Counted from the stretch's first letter, positions 26,914 to 36,874 are shown. The stretch is 40,723 nt of DNA from Limnochordales bacterium (GCA_036564115.1 DATCLD010000084.1:1-40723), one strand, 5' to 3'. Numbers and translations are program-made. The notes: generated from the letters alone by a model not told the origin.

Positions 26914-29064
26914 GTGGGGCGAGGCCGCAAAATCGCCGCCACATTTTTGATGGCCTTGGGGCTGTTTAGCCTGCTCAGCCTGCACACCGGGGCCACCGGC
27001 GAAGCGGGCCGCTACTTGTCGGCCTGGCTGCGGACGGCGAGCGGGCAGGCGGCCACCGGGATCGGGCTCATCGTCATCTGGCTAGGCTGGGCGCTGTTCC
27101 GCCGCCCGTGGGATCTGGAGGTGGCGCGCCGGCTGGGCGGTTGTCTGCTCATTTTGTCGGTGGCCGCCGCGGCGCTTCATGTCGTACAGCTCGGTCCCGG
27201 AGCGTGGCCGGCGGTCTGGAGCGTGCAGGAACAAGTGCGCACGCCCATCGCCATGCAGGCGGGGGGCGTTTTGGGCGGCGCGCTGGCCGCCGTATTGATG
27301 CGGACCCTGGGCCCGTTGGGGACGGCCCTGGCCGTTCTTGCCATGACGGTGGTGGCGTGGCTGCTCCTGTTTGACACCTTCGCGGGCGATTGGCTGTCGT
27401 GGGCGGCCTATGGCGTGTCCGGCCTCGGGGAGCGGATACGGGCGGCACGGCGCGCCCGCAGCGAGCGGCGCCGGGTCCGGGCGGTGCGCATCGCCGAGGA
27501 GCCCGCAGCGGCCCGGGAAAGCGCTGTCCCAAAAGCCGAGGCGCCCCGGCCCATGACCCTCGTGACGGTTGAGGAAGAGCCTGAGGGCGCCCGTGCCAAA
27601 CCTCGCCGCCGCAGCCAAGAACAACCGGCACCACCGCCCGGGGCCGCAGGCGACTACCAGATCCCGCCGATCTCCCTGCTGAGCCGGCCGCGGCCTCCCA
27701 AGCGGCCGCGGACCGGGGAGGAAGAGGACCAGGCGCAGTTGCTTGAGGAGACGCTGGCCAGTTTCGGCATCCAGGCGCGGGTCGTGAGCATCAGCCGCGG
27801 GCCAGTCATCACCCGCTATGAAGTGCAGCCGCCCCCGGGGATCAAGGTGAGCCGCATCGTCGGGCTGGCCGACGACATTTCCCTGGCCCTCGCAGCCGCA
27901 GGGGTGCGGGTGGAGGCGCCGGTGCCTGGCAAGTCGGTGGTGGGCATCGAGGTGCCCAACCGGGAGACGAGCCCGGTGTTCTTGCGGGAGATTCTCGAGA
28001 CCGACGAGTTCCAGACGGCGCCGTCGCGGCTCACCATCGGACTCGGTAAGGACATCGCCGGGAAGCCCTTGATCGCCGACCTGACGAAGCTGCTGCACCT
28101 GCTCATCGCCGGGGCGACGGGATCGGGCAAGAGCGTCTGCCTCAACAGCATCATTGCGAGCCTCCTGTTCAAGGCCCGGCCCGATGAGGTCAAAATGATG
28201 ATGATCGACCCCAAGCGGGTCGAGCTGTCGGTCTACGACGGCATCCCGCACTTGATCGCGCCGGTCGTCACCGACCCGCGTCAGGCGGCGGGTGCCCTGC
28301 GCTGGGCGGTCAAGGAGATGGAGCGCCGGTACCAGCTTTTGTCGCAGACCGGGGCCCGCAACATCGATGCCTACAACAAGAGCACCCGCAAGCCGGAAGG
28401 GGCCGATCCGTTCCTGCCTTACCTCGTGGTCATCATCGACGAGCTGGCCGACTTGATGCTGGTGGCCGCGGCGGACGTGGAGGACAGCATCTGCCGGCTC
28501 GCACAGATGGCTCGGGCGGCTGGCATCTACCTGATCATCGCCACCCAGCGCCCGTCGGTGGACGTCATCACGGGCCTGATCAAGGCCAACGTGCCGTCGC
28601 GCATCGCGTTTGCCGTCAGCTCCCAGGTGGACTCCCGGACGATCCTGGACATGGCCGGGGCCGAGCGGCTGTTGGGCAAGGGCGATATGCTGTTTTACCC
28701 CATTGGGGCTCCGAAACCGATCCGGGCCCAGGGCGCCTGGATTTCGGATCAGGAAGTGGAAGCGTTGGCCGACGCCTGGCGCAACCAAGGCGAGCCGCAG
28801 TACATTGAAGAGGTGCTGACGACGCCGGCCCAAGGCGCTGGTCTCGATGAGGAGATGGAGGACGAGTTGTACGAGGACGCGGTGCGCCTTGTGCGGGAGG
28901 CGGGACAGGCGTCGGTCTCCATGCTGCAGCGGCGGTTTCGCATCGGGTACTCCCGCGCGGCGCGCCTCATCGACATGATGGAGATGCGGGGCGTCGTCGG
29001 CCCCTACCAGGGCAGCAAGCCCAGGGAGGTGATCGGCGCCGATGGTGGACTACGGCAGCGGTGA
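26914..29064 (+). CDS. ftsK: DNA translocase FtsK/SpoIIIE
   Basis: Four N-terminal TM helices, a Pro/Arg-rich linker, a motor domain with Walker A GATGSGKS and Walker [11 protein letters not shown], and a C-terminal gamma winged helix ([24 protein letters not shown]). GTG at 26914 has a GGGAGGTG SD; TTG 26869 is the alternative. Confidence 0.9.
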   Translation: MGRGRKIAATFLMALGLFSLLSLHTGATGEAGRYLSAWLRTASGQAATGIGLIVIWLGWALFRRPWDLEVARRLGGCLLILSVAAAALHVVQLGPGAWPAVWSVQEQVRTPIAMQAGGVLGGALAAVLMRTLGPLGTALAVLAMTVVAWLLLFDTFAGDWLSWAAYGVSGLGERIRAARRARSERRRVRAVRIAEEPAAARESAVPKAEAPRPMTLVTVEEEPEGARAKPRRRSQEQPAPPPGAAGDYQIPPISLLSRPRPPKRPRTGEEEDQAQLLEETLASFGIQARVVSISRGPVITRYEVQPPPGIKVSRIVGLADDISLALAAAGVRVEAPVPGKSVVGIEVPNRETSPVFLREILETDEFQTAPSRLTIGLGKDIAGKPLIADLTKLLHLLIAGATGSGKSVCLNSIIASLLFKARPDEVKMMMIDPKRVELSVYDGIPHLIAPVVTDPRQAAGALRWAVKEMERRYQLLSQTGARNIDAYNKSTRKPEGADPFLPYLVVIIDELADLMLVAAADVEDSICRLAQMARAAGIYLIIATQRPSVDVITGLIKANVPSRIAFAVSSQVDSRTILDMAGAERLLGKGDMLFYPIGAPKPIRAQGAWISDQEVEALADAWRNQGEPQYIEEVLTTPAQGAGLDEEMEDELYEDAVRLVREAGQASVSMLQRRFRIGYSRAARLIDMMEMRGVVGPYQGSKPREVIGADGGLRQR

Positions 29065-29953
29065 TCATGGCGACCACCTGGTGCAGGCCCTGTTGGCTGA
29101 CGGGCAAGTGCGGGCGATGGCGGCGGTCACGACCCGCACCGTCGAAGAGGCCCGCTGGCGGCATGATTTGTACCCGACGGCCGCGGCAGCCCTCGGGCGC
29201 ACGTTGACGGTGACCGCTATTTTGGGAGCAATGCTCAAGGCGCCCCAGAAGGTGTATGTGGAGATCGTGTGCGATGGTCCCATCAAGGCGGTGCACACCC
29301 AGGCGGACGCCGAGGGGCGGGTGCGGGGGTATGTGGGCAATCCCCACGTGGACCTGCCGGCCAATGCCCGGGGCAAGCTGGACGTGGCCGGGGCCGTCGG
29401 CCACGGCACGTTGTACGTCATACGGGACCTGGGCCTCCGGGAGCCTTACCGGGGCTTCGTGCCGCTGGTGAGCGGCGAGATCGGCGAGGACTTCGCCCAC
29501 TACTTCCTCCGCTCCGAACAGACCCCGTCGGTGGTCGCCGTCGGGGTGCTGGTGGACCCGGATCACCGGGTGCGGGCAGCAGGGGGGCTCTTGCTGCAGG
29601 TGATGCCCGGGGCCAGGGAGGAGGTCATCTCCGTCCTCGAGCAGCGGGCCCGCGAACTCCCGCCCATCTCATCAGCCGTTGACAATGGGAAGGACGCGGA
29701 GGGGCTTCTGGCCCTGGCCGCGGGCGACTTGGATGTGCGCGTGTTGCGGCGCCTACCGGTGCAGTTCAAGTGCAGCTGTTCCCGGGAGCGGTTTGAGCGG
29801 GCCCTCATCGCGCTGGGCGAGGAGGAGCTGCGGGACATCCTGGAAACCGACGGCTCCGCCGAGCTCGTCTGCCACTTCTGTTCCGAGGTGTACCGCTTTG
29901 ACGCCAAGGACCTCACGGCCCTGCTCAAGGCGGCGGCGCACCGGCAGCAGTAG
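29042..29953 (+). CDS. hslO: Redox-regulated chaperone Hsp33
   Basis: The C-terminal zinc centre CSCSRERF...[11 protein letters not shown] (CxC...CxxC) and the N-terminal [20 protein letters not shown] are present. It overlaps the ftsK 3' end by 23 nt. Confidence 0.9.
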   Translation: MVDYGSGDHGDHLVQALLADGQVRAMAAVTTRTVEEARWRHDLYPTAAAALGRTLTVTAILGAMLKAPQKVYVEIVCDGPIKAVHTQADAEGRVRGYVGNPHVDLPANARGKLDVAGAVGHGTLYVIRDLGLREPYRGFVPLVSGEIGEDFAHYFLRSEQTPSVVAVGVLVDPDHRVRAAGGLLLQVMPGAREEVISVLEQRARELPPISSAVDNGKDAEGLLALAAGDLDVRVLRRLPVQFKCSCSRERFERALIALGEEELRDILETDGSAELVCHFCSEVYRFDAKDLTALLKAAAHRQQ

Positions 29954-29962
29954 TGGGGGAGG

Positions 29963-32752
29963 GTGGCAGCGGTGGCGACCGCCCGGCGTGTCATATGGAT
30001 CGCCCTAGGCGTCCTTGTGCTCTTGGCGGGGCTGACCGTCGCCTCGGCCCACCTGGTCACGGACTGGTGGTGGTTTCAAGAGCTCGGGCACGGCGGCCTG
30101 TTTGTGCGGCTGCTGGTGTGGCCGTGGGCGGTGCGCCTCGCGGCGGCGGCCTTATTTGCCGCGCTGATCTTCGGAAACCTGCTTGTTACCCGCGGGGCGT
30201 TGGCCCGGGCCATGTTCCGCTTCCAGGGCCGGGTGCCGGTCTTTTTGAGCTGGCGGGTCATGCGGCGGGTGCTGCTATTTGGCAGCGTGCTGCTGGGCCT
30301 GCTGTCCGCTGAACCGATCGCTCAGAACTGGCTCCTCATCGCCCGCTTTTGGCACAAGACCCCCTTTGGCGTCGCCGATCCGCTGTTTGGGCGGGACGTA
30401 AGCTTCTACGTCTTTGAGTTGCCCTTCTACCGGCTTGTGCACGGGTCGCTGGCGGGCATCCTCTTCCTGGCGGCCCTCATGGTACTCCTCGTGTATCTGC
30501 TGGCCCGGGCCGTCGAATGGCGCGGGAGGCAGGTGTTCTTGGACGAAGGCCCGCGCCGGCACCTTCTGATACTGGCGGCCGTCCTGGTGCTCCTGAAGGC
30601 GCTGGATTACCGCCTGAGCCTCTACGGTCTCCTGTTTTCCAGGACCAGCGACGTCATCTACGGTGCCACTTACACCGACTGGCACGCCCGCGCCTTGGCG
30701 CTCAAGGTGCTGTTTGTCGTGGCCCTGGCCTTCGCCGCGGTGCTGCTGGCTTCCTGGCGGCGGATTCGGTGGCGCTGGCTTGCCGGTGTGGGCGCGGTGT
30801 GGATGGCGGCGGCGGTGCTCCTCGGACAGGTTTATCCGGAAGGGCTGCAGCGCTTTGTCGTGGAGCCCAATGAGCTAGAGCGGGAACGGCCCTTCATCGA
30901 GCACCACCTGGCCTTCACTCGGCTGGCCTATGGTCTTGACGCCATCGAAGAACAGCTCTTTGTGGTCGACAACGAGTTGACCTGGGAAGGGCTGGCCAAG
31001 CACGCGCACATCCTCGACAACGCGCGCCTGTGGGACTGGCGGCCGCTGGCCCGCAGCTACGCGCAGCTGCAGTCCATCCGGTTCTACTACACGTTCCCCG
31101 ATGTGGACGTGGACCGCTACGTGGTCAACGGCCAGCTGCGCCAGGTGATGCTGGCCGTGCGGGAGCTGGACTTGAGCCAAATCCCAAATCGCACCTGGGT
31201 CAACCAGCACCTGCAGTACACCCACGGCTACGGGCTCGTCATGAGCCCGGTGGCGGAGGTGACGCCCCAGGGCCTGCCCAGGTTTCTCCTGGCCGACATC
31301 CCGCCCCGGCCGCGGGATGTGGACCTGGTCGTGACGCGGCCTGAAATCTACTACGGCGAGCTCACCAACCACTACGTGGTCGTGGGGACGCGCACACCCG
31401 ACTTTGAGTTCAGCTATCCGTCGGGGGACGACAACGTGCGCACCACCTACCGGGGTACGGGCGGGGTGCCGCTGCATTCCTTTTTCCGGCGGGCTGCGTT
31501 CGCGGCCCGTTTCCAGACCATCAACCTGCTGCTCTCCGACGAGATCACGAGCACGACCCGCATCTTGTTCCGCCGCAACATCACGGAGCGCCTGCAGACG
31601 CTCGCGCCGTTCCTGCGGTTTGACAGCGACCCATACGCCGTGCTGGCCGACGGGCGGCTGTTCTGGATCGTTGACGCCTATACGACGACGCTGGGCTTCC
31701 CATACGCCATGCCGCATGCCCGCTGGCAGGCCAATTACGTGCGCAACGCGGTCAAGGCCGTCGTGGACGCGTACAATGGCACGGTACACTTCTACGTCTT
31801 CGCGCCCGAGGATCCGCTGATCCGGGCGTATATGGGGCTGTTTCCCGGGCTGTTTGAGCCGGCGGAGGCGATGCCTGAGTCCCTGCAGGCACATGTGCGC
31901 TATCCGGAGGACCTCTTCCAGTTGCAGGCCGAGGTGCTGTCCCTCTACCACATGGACAACCCGACGGTGTTCTACAACCGCGAGGACGTGTGGCGTCCTG
32001 CCCGGGAGGTGTTCAGCACCGACGCGTCCGGTCAAACACGGGAGCAGGTGATGAGCCCCTATTACGCCATCGTGCAGCTGCCCGACCGTGCGGAGCCGGA
32101 AATGGTGCTCATGCTGCCCTTTACACCGACCGAGCGCAACAACATGATCGCTTGGTTCGCGGCCCGCATGGACGGTGACAACTACGGGCGGCTGCTTTTG
32201 TACGAGTTTCCCAAGGATGTGCTGATCTATGGGCCCATGCAAATCGAGGCCCGCATCGACCAGCACCCCGACATCTCGCAGTTGTTGACCTTGTGGGCGC
32301 AGCGGGGCTCGCAGGTGATCCGCGGCAACATGCTCGTGTTGCCGGTCGAGCGGAGCCTGTTGTACCTCAAGCCCATCTATCTCCAGGCGGAAACCGGCGA
32401 TCTGCCGGAGTTGGTGCGGGTCATTGCGGCCTTCGGTGACCAGATCGCCATGCACCCGACCCTCATGGGGGCGCTCCGGGCCGTGCTGCCGGGAGGGACG
32501 GCGGCCGGGCCTTCGGAAGCCGGGCCGGGTTCTCCCGCTTTGTCGCCGGAGCCCGGGGCGGCGACGGAAGCTGAGGAGGCCCCTGGGCCGGTCGCGGCGG
32601 CGAATGAATTCTCGCTCAAGCAGCTGGCGGCGGAAGCGCTGCGCCTTTATGATGAGGCCCAGGCCCGCCTTGCGCAAGGAGACTGGGCCGGCTACGGCGC
32701 GGCGCTGGAGCAGCTGGAGCTTATCCTGCGGCAGCTGGCAGCCGAGCCGTAA
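29963..32752 (+). CDS. UPF0182-family large membrane protein (929 aa)
   Basis: Seven or so N-terminal TM helices are followed by a large soluble domain. The size and motifs such as WWFQELG, FYVF.LPFY, YGELTNHYVV and LLYLKPIYLQAE match my recollection of UPF0182. Not searched. Confidence 0.75.
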   Translation: MAAVATARRVIWIALGVLVLLAGLTVASAHLVTDWWWFQELGHGGLFVRLLVWPWAVRLAAAALFAALIFGNLLVTRGALARAMFRFQGRVPVFLSWRVMRRVLLFGSVLLGLLSAEPIAQNWLLIARFWHKTPFGVADPLFGRDVSFYVFELPFYRLVHGSLAGILFLAALMVLLVYLLARAVEWRGRQVFLDEGPRRHLLILAAVLVLLKALDYRLSLYGLLFSRTSDVIYGATYTDWHARALALKVLFVVALAFAAVLLASWRRIRWRWLAGVGAVWMAAAVLLGQVYPEGLQRFVVEPNELERERPFIEHHLAFTRLAYGLDAIEEQLFVVDNELTWEGLAKHAHILDNARLWDWRPLARSYAQLQSIRFYYTFPDVDVDRYVVNGQLRQVMLAVRELDLSQIPNRTWVNQHLQYTHGYGLVMSPVAEVTPQGLPRFLLADIPPRPRDVDLVVTRPEIYYGELTNHYVVVGTRTPDFEFSYPSGDDNVRTTYRGTGGVPLHSFFRRAAFAARFQTINLLLSDEITSTTRILFRRNITERLQTLAPFLRFDSDPYAVLADGRLFWIVDAYTTTLGFPYAMPHARWQANYVRNAVKAVVDAYNGTVHFYVFAPEDPLIRAYMGLFPGLFEPAEAMPESLQAHVRYPEDLFQLQAEVLSLYHMDNPTVFYNREDVWRPAREVFSTDASGQTREQVMSPYYAIVQLPDRAEPEMVLMLPFTPTERNNMIAWFAARMDGDNYGRLLLYEFPKDVLIYGPMQIEARIDQHPDISQLLTLWAQRGSQVIRGNMLVLPVERSLLYLKPIYLQAETGDLPELVRVIAAFGDQIAMHPTLMGALRAVLPGGTAAGPSEAGPGSPALSPEPGAATEAEEAPGPVAAANEFSLKQLAAEALRLYDEAQARLAQGDWAGYGAALEQLELILRQLAAEP

Positions 32753-32766
32753 TCGGGAGAGGCTTG

Positions 32767-32796
32767 GCATAGGCCGTCCCCTCTGGGAATATAGAT
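32767..32796 (+). promoter_or_regulatory. Candidate sporulation-sigma promoter upstream of spoIIP
   Basis: GCATA (32767-32771) is a perfect -35 core for the sigmaE/sigmaF/sigmaG classes. An AT-rich GGGAATATAGAT (32785-32796) follows 13-16 nt downstream; AATATAGA fits the sigmaE -10 at only 4/8. The same GGAATATAG string precedes ylmC. Confidence 0.25.
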
Positions 32797-32812
32797 CGTC
32801 CCGAAAGGGGAG

Positions 32813-33709
32813 ATGGCCGTGACACGCTGGAACAGAGGCAGACTGCCGCGGTTTCCCAAAGCCACGTCGTCCAATGGGCCGAGCCTGTTGTTCATCCTGG
32901 TGGCGCTGATCGCCGTCGCGGTGGCGGGCGCCCGGCTTTTAGGCTTTGGGCCCGGGCAAGGCGCGCAAACGGCGCAGACCCGCATCACACCTCCGAGTCA
33001 GCAGGGGACTGCTCCGTTGCCACAAGCGCCTCCGGCTCCGCAGACCCCGCAAATCCCACAAACCCCACCCGCGTCCATGCAGGCACCGTCAACTGCGGCC
33101 CGGCCCACCGTGCTGGTGTACCACTCCCATGGGACGGAAAAGTACGGCCCGGGCGACACCCATGCCGCCCAAGGACGCCCAGGCGACATCGTCGAGGTAG
33201 GCGAGGCCTTCAGCGAATCCCTGGAGGCGCGGGGCATTACGGCTATCCACCACACGCAGGTGTACGACCATCCCCGGTGGGCCGAAGCGTTCCAGCGGGC
33301 CGGCCAGGCCGTGGGCAGCCTGCTCCAGCAGAACGACGGCGTCCAAGCGGTAATCGACATCCACCGGGACGCCATCGCCCGGGACGTGGGCCGGGAAGTG
33401 ACGACCGCCAACATCGGCGGGCGGCCGGTGGCCCGCATACTCCTTGTCGTGGGGGAGCAGAACAACCCGTATGCCCGTGAGAATACGGCCTTTGCCGAGG
33501 CCTTGAAGGCCAAGATGGACGCCCTGTACCCTGGGCTGTCCCGGGGCATCCGCATCCAGCCGTCCGACTACAACGGCCGCCTGCACCCCAACTCGGTGCA
33601 AGTGTTCATCGGCGACCATCGCTACAACACGGTCGAGGAGGCCCGGGAAGCGGCCCGCCTATTCGCCCACGTGGTGGCCGAGGTGCTACGCGAACGAGGC
33701 GGCGTCTAA
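32813..33709 (+). CDS. spoIIP: Stage II sporulation protein P (SpoIIP amidase/endopeptidase)
   Basis: N-terminal TM anchor, a low-complexity Pro/Gln linker, then VLVYHSHGTEKY...IDIHRDA...ILLVVGEQNNPY...N...L..G.R, which matches the SpoIIP catalytic domain pattern (IYHTHxxESY...DIHRD). The start is ATG 32813 or GTG 32819. Confidence 0.8.
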   Translation: MAVTRWNRGRLPRFPKATSSNGPSLLFILVALIAVAVAGARLLGFGPGQGAQTAQTRITPPSQQGTAPLPQAPPAPQTPQIPQTPPASMQAPSTAARPTVLVYHSHGTEKYGPGDTHAAQGRPGDIVEVGEAFSESLEARGITAIHHTQVYDHPRWAEAFQRAGQAVGSLLQQNDGVQAVIDIHRDAIARDVGREVTTANIGGRPVARILLVVGEQNNPYARENTAFAEALKAKMDALYPGLSRGIRIQPSDYNGRLHPNSVQVFIGDHRYNTVEEAREAARLFAHVVAEVLRERGGV

Positions 33710-33717
33710 AGGCACGT

Positions 33718-33776
33718 CCTCCCCGCCCGGGCGCAGACCGGACATGGCCCGGTCCGCGCATACTAGGGCGGGGAGG
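33718..33776 (+). promoter_or_regulatory. Long two-tier hairpin whose 3' arm contains the SD of the first SNF2 gene
   Basis: The outer stem is 11 perfect bp: cctccccgccc (33718-33728) pairs with gggcggggagg (33766-33776). The inner stem is 11 pairs with one mismatch (33731-33741 with 33749-33759) around a 7-nt loop. GGGGAGG in the 3' arm is the only SD for GTG 33784. No U-tract follows. Confidence 0.45.
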
Positions 33777-33783
33777 GTGCCGC

Positions 33784-35466
33784 GTGGAAATCGCGTTTCG
33801 CAACGATCATGAGGCGGTCCTGGACGCGCTGGCCCAGGGCCGCTTTGAACCGTGGCGCTGGTTTGAGCTGCGGGTGCGGGCCGAGCGGCTGGCCCTCACC
33901 CAGGGATTTGAGCGCCTGTTGTGCCTGGAAGGCCTGCGGATTGAACTCTACGATCACCAGCGCGCAGCCGTCCTCCGGGTGCTGCGGGACATGCGGGGCC
34001 GGGCGCTGCTTGCCGACGAGGTGGGCCTGGGCAAGACCATCGAGGCCGGGGTGATTCTCAAGGAATACATGCTCCGCGGCCTCGCCCGCAAGGCGCTGAT
34101 CCTCGCACCCGCATCGCTCTTGACCCAGTGGCAGCAGGAGTTGACCGAGAAACTCGGCATCCCCGCCCGCATCAACCGCTCCGCAGACAACTGGCACCGG
34201 TGGGACTGCGTCATCACCTCACTGGATACGGCGCGCCGAGCGCCGCACGCCGACCGGATCCGTGCGATCCCGTGGGACATGGTCATCGTGGACGAGGCTC
34301 ACCGCCTGAAAAACCGCCACACGGTCAGCTGGCGCTTCGTGGACGGGTTGACCAAGAAGTACCTGCTGCTTCTGACCGCAACGCCCATCCAAAACGACCT
34401 GACGGAGCTCTACAACATGTTCACCCTGCTTAAGCCCGGTCTCTTGCGCACCTACTCCTCGTTTAGGCGGGAATTCATGCTGGACAAGCGCTCCGCTAAA
34501 GATCCCGGGCGGCTGCGGGAGCGCCTGGGCGAAGTGATGGTGCGTTCCACCCGTCGCGACGCCCTCCTGAGGCTGCCCAGGCGCGTGGTGGAAACCGTGC
34601 CCGTCCCCTTGTCCGGGGCAGAGGAAGCCTTTTACCAGGATGTGTTGGCCTTTGCCCGGGCCTTGCACCAGCGCGGCAGGGCGGCCGGGGAGCGGGTCTT
34701 GCCGCTCATCCTGCTGTTGCGGGAGCTGTGCAGCAGCCCCCACGCCGCCTGCCGCACCTTGGCAGTGATGGCGCGCAGCGACCGCTTGGAGCCGGACGAA
34801 AGAGACTGGGCGCGCGCCTTGGCCGAGCAGGCCTGCGCCATAGCCGTAAGTGCCCGGAAGTTGGCCGCGGCGGAACGTTGGATCGCCGCGCAGGGTGAGC
34901 CGGTACTGGTGTTCACCGAGTTTCGTGCCACCCAGACCGCCTTGGCTGAGCGCTTGGCGGCCTTGGGCCTGATTGTGACCGTTTTTCACGGAGGGTTAAC
35001 CCGAGAGGAGCGGTCGGCGGCCGTGGACCGCTTCCGGCAAGCAGGCGGCGTCCTCATCAGCACCGAGGCCGGCGGGGAGGGGCAGAACCTGCAGTTTTGC
35101 CGGGTGGTGCTCAACTACGATCTGCCGTGGAACCCCATGCGGGTCGAGCAGCGCATCGGACGGGTGCACCGCCTTGGACAGACGCGCGACGTCCGCATTG
35201 TCAACCTGATCACTCCCGGCACGATCGACGAGCATGTCTACCGGCTGCTGCACGAGAAGATTCGCCTCTTCCAGCAGGTCATCGGGGATCTGGACCTCAT
35301 CCTGGCCGAGGAACCGCGGCTTGAGCGGACCGTGGGGCGCCTGGTGCTGGAGGCGCCCGACGAACAGACGCTCCTGACAGGTCTTGCCGCCGTCGGCCGG
35401 CGCCTCGAGCGGGCCCGGCAGCGCTGGGAAGCCGTTCAGCGCCACAACGAGGAGGTGCTCGCTTGA
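33784..35466 (+). CDS. SNF2-family (RapA/HepA/YqhH-like) ATPase-translocase, 560 aa (module 1)
   Basis: Motif I LADEVGLGKTIEAG, motif II VDEAHRLKN, motif III LLLTATPIQNDLTELYN and the helicase-C motifs STEAGGEGQNLQ and NYDLPWNPMRVEQRIGRVHRLGQTR are present. GTG start has a GGGGAGGG SD. The size is close to B. subtilis YqhH (about 557 aa, from memory). Confidence 0.9.
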   Translation: MEIAFRNDHEAVLDALAQGRFEPWRWFELRVRAERLALTQGFERLLCLEGLRIELYDHQRAAVLRVLRDMRGRALLADEVGLGKTIEAGVILKEYMLRGLARKALILAPASLLTQWQQELTEKLGIPARINRSADNWHRWDCVITSLDTARRAPHADRIRAIPWDMVIVDEAHRLKNRHTVSWRFVDGLTKKYLLLLTATPIQNDLTELYNMFTLLKPGLLRTYSSFRREFMLDKRSAKDPGRLRERLGEVMVRSTRRDALLRLPRRVVETVPVPLSGAEEAFYQDVLAFARALHQRGRAAGERVLPLILLLRELCSSPHAACRTLAVMARSDRLEPDERDWARALAEQACAIAVSARKLAAAERWIAAQGEPVLVFTEFRATQTALAERLAALGLIVTVFHGGLTREERSAAVDRFRQAGGVLISTEAGGEGQNLQFCRVVLNYDLPWNPMRVEQRIGRVHRLGQTRDVRIVNLITPGTIDEHVYRLLHEKIRLFQQVIGDLDLILAEEPRLERTVGRLVLEAPDEQTLLTGLAAVGRRLERARQRWEAVQRHNEEVLA

Positions 35467-36827
35467 GGGCCGGCGCCTTCGTCCAAAGGGCGTTTGACCA
35501 TCACGCCGCCGTCGAGGCGCTGCTGAGCGACTACCGCCGCTGGGGCGGCGACGATCCAGCAGGGGTCGAGACGGCCGACGCTGTCATCCAAGCGTGCCGG
35601 CGGCGGGGGATGGCGGCGAACGTCTTGCATCCCCTCGCCTGTGACCTGGATTTCGCCCGCGCCGTCGTCGAAAACGGCGTCGAGCCGGCGGTGGACGGAG
35701 CCTTGCGCTTGCCGGGCGCCTGCGGCCACCCGGCGGTAGCGGCCATGGCGGAGGTTTTCGGACGGATCCATTTCCTCAACGCCCACTGCCGTGAGCTGGG
35801 GCGCCGACTGCTGCTCCAGCGCCAGCTGCTCTTTTGCTTTAAGGTGGTGTACCGGTCCGATGAGGCCCAGGAGGAATTGGTCTCGGTGCTCGTCGACCCG
35901 CTGACCGAGGAGGCGGCTCCGGTGCCGGGCCTCGCTGGGGCCGTAGACATCGGGCTTGACGCGGGCGCGGCCTGGCAGGGGTACGCCCTGAAGCGGCTGT
36001 ACCGGAGCGCTTGCGGGCACCTGGAGCGATTGGTAACAGCCCGGGGCCGCCGGCTGGAGCTGGCAGCCCAGCGGCGCCTGGAGCGGGATATGGTACGGCT
36101 TGAAGAATATTACCAGGCGCTGCGGGAGGAAGCCCTCGAACCGCTAGCCCGCGAGCTGCACCGGCTGGAGGCGGCCCGCAACCGGGCGCGGCTTTGGCGT
36201 GCCATCGGCATGCAGGACGACGCCACGCCGGTGGAGCCGCATAAGGGCAACGGCGGTCAGTCGCAAGCCGCGACGGATCGGGAACTGGCCGCCCTCGAAG
36301 CCAGGGTGCGGGAGGTGCTGGCCGCTCTCGCCGCCGACCGGGAACGGCGCATACAGGAGCTCAAGGAGAAGTACACCGTGCGGGCGGAAGCGGCGCTGGT
36401 GGCGGCGGCCAGTGTCTGGACACCCCGCGTCGAGGTGCGGGTCAAGCTGACGGGCCCGAGCCGGCGGGAAGTTACCTTCTTCTATGACGCTATCCGCGGC
36501 CGCTGCCTCGACCTTGCCTGCGATGCGTGCCAAGCGCCGCTCACGCAGGTTTACCTGTGCACCGAGGGGGAGCTCGTTTGCCCGCTGTGCTTCGCGCCGT
36601 GCGCCGCCTGCGGGAAGGCCCTCTGCGTCAGCTGCACCTCTCAACGCTGCCATCTGTGCGACGCACCGCTTTGCGGCAGCTGCGACACGACCTGCCCGCT
36701 GGCAGGGCCGCTGGCGGCCGCAGGGACAATCTCCCTGGACCCGAGGCCCATCCGGCATGTTTGCCCCGCCTGCCGGGAACGCACCTGCGGGGCGTGCGCC
36801 GTGTTGGCGCAGGTGTTAGCCGTGTAG
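35463..36827 (+). CDS. Uncharacterised SNF2-partner protein, 454 aa: YqhG-like core plus coiled-coil insert plus Cys-rich (8 x CxxC) tail (module 1)
   Basis: TTG at 35463 overlaps the helicase stop (TTGA), with GGAGG 7 nt upstream, which implies translational coupling. The core is collinear with the module-2 partner. Residues 347-454 contain 19 Cys. No enzymatic motif was recognised. Confidence 0.7.
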   Translation: MRAGAFVQRAFDHHAAVEALLSDYRRWGGDDPAGVETADAVIQACRRRGMAANVLHPLACDLDFARAVVENGVEPAVDGALRLPGACGHPAVAAMAEVFGRIHFLNAHCRELGRRLLLQRQLLFCFKVVYRSDEAQEELVSVLVDPLTEEAAPVPGLAGAVDIGLDAGAAWQGYALKRLYRSACGHLERLVTARGRRLELAAQRRLERDMVRLEEYYQALREEALEPLARELHRLEAARNRARLWRAIGMQDDATPVEPHKGNGGQSQAATDRELAALEARVREVLAALAADRERRIQELKEKYTVRAEAALVAAASVWTPRVEVRVKLTGPSRREVTFFYDAIRGRCLDLACDACQAPLTQVYLCTEGELVCPLCFAPCAACGKALCVSCTSQRCHLCDAPLCGSCDTTCPLAGPLAAAGTISLDPRPIRHVCPACRERTCGACAVLAQVLAV

Positions 36828-36874
36828 GGCGGTGCAGCAGGGGCGGGCGGCAAAGGAGATCGGCCGCGTGCGCC

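Noticed and set aside
33759-33765. CATACTA (exact sigmaG -10 consensus) 19 nt upstream of the first SNF2 gene as a forespore promoter.
   Set aside because: No GHATR -35 lies at 17-18 nt (GACCG/ACCGG instead). A single 7-mer match is not enough, so it is noted only inside the hairpin finding.
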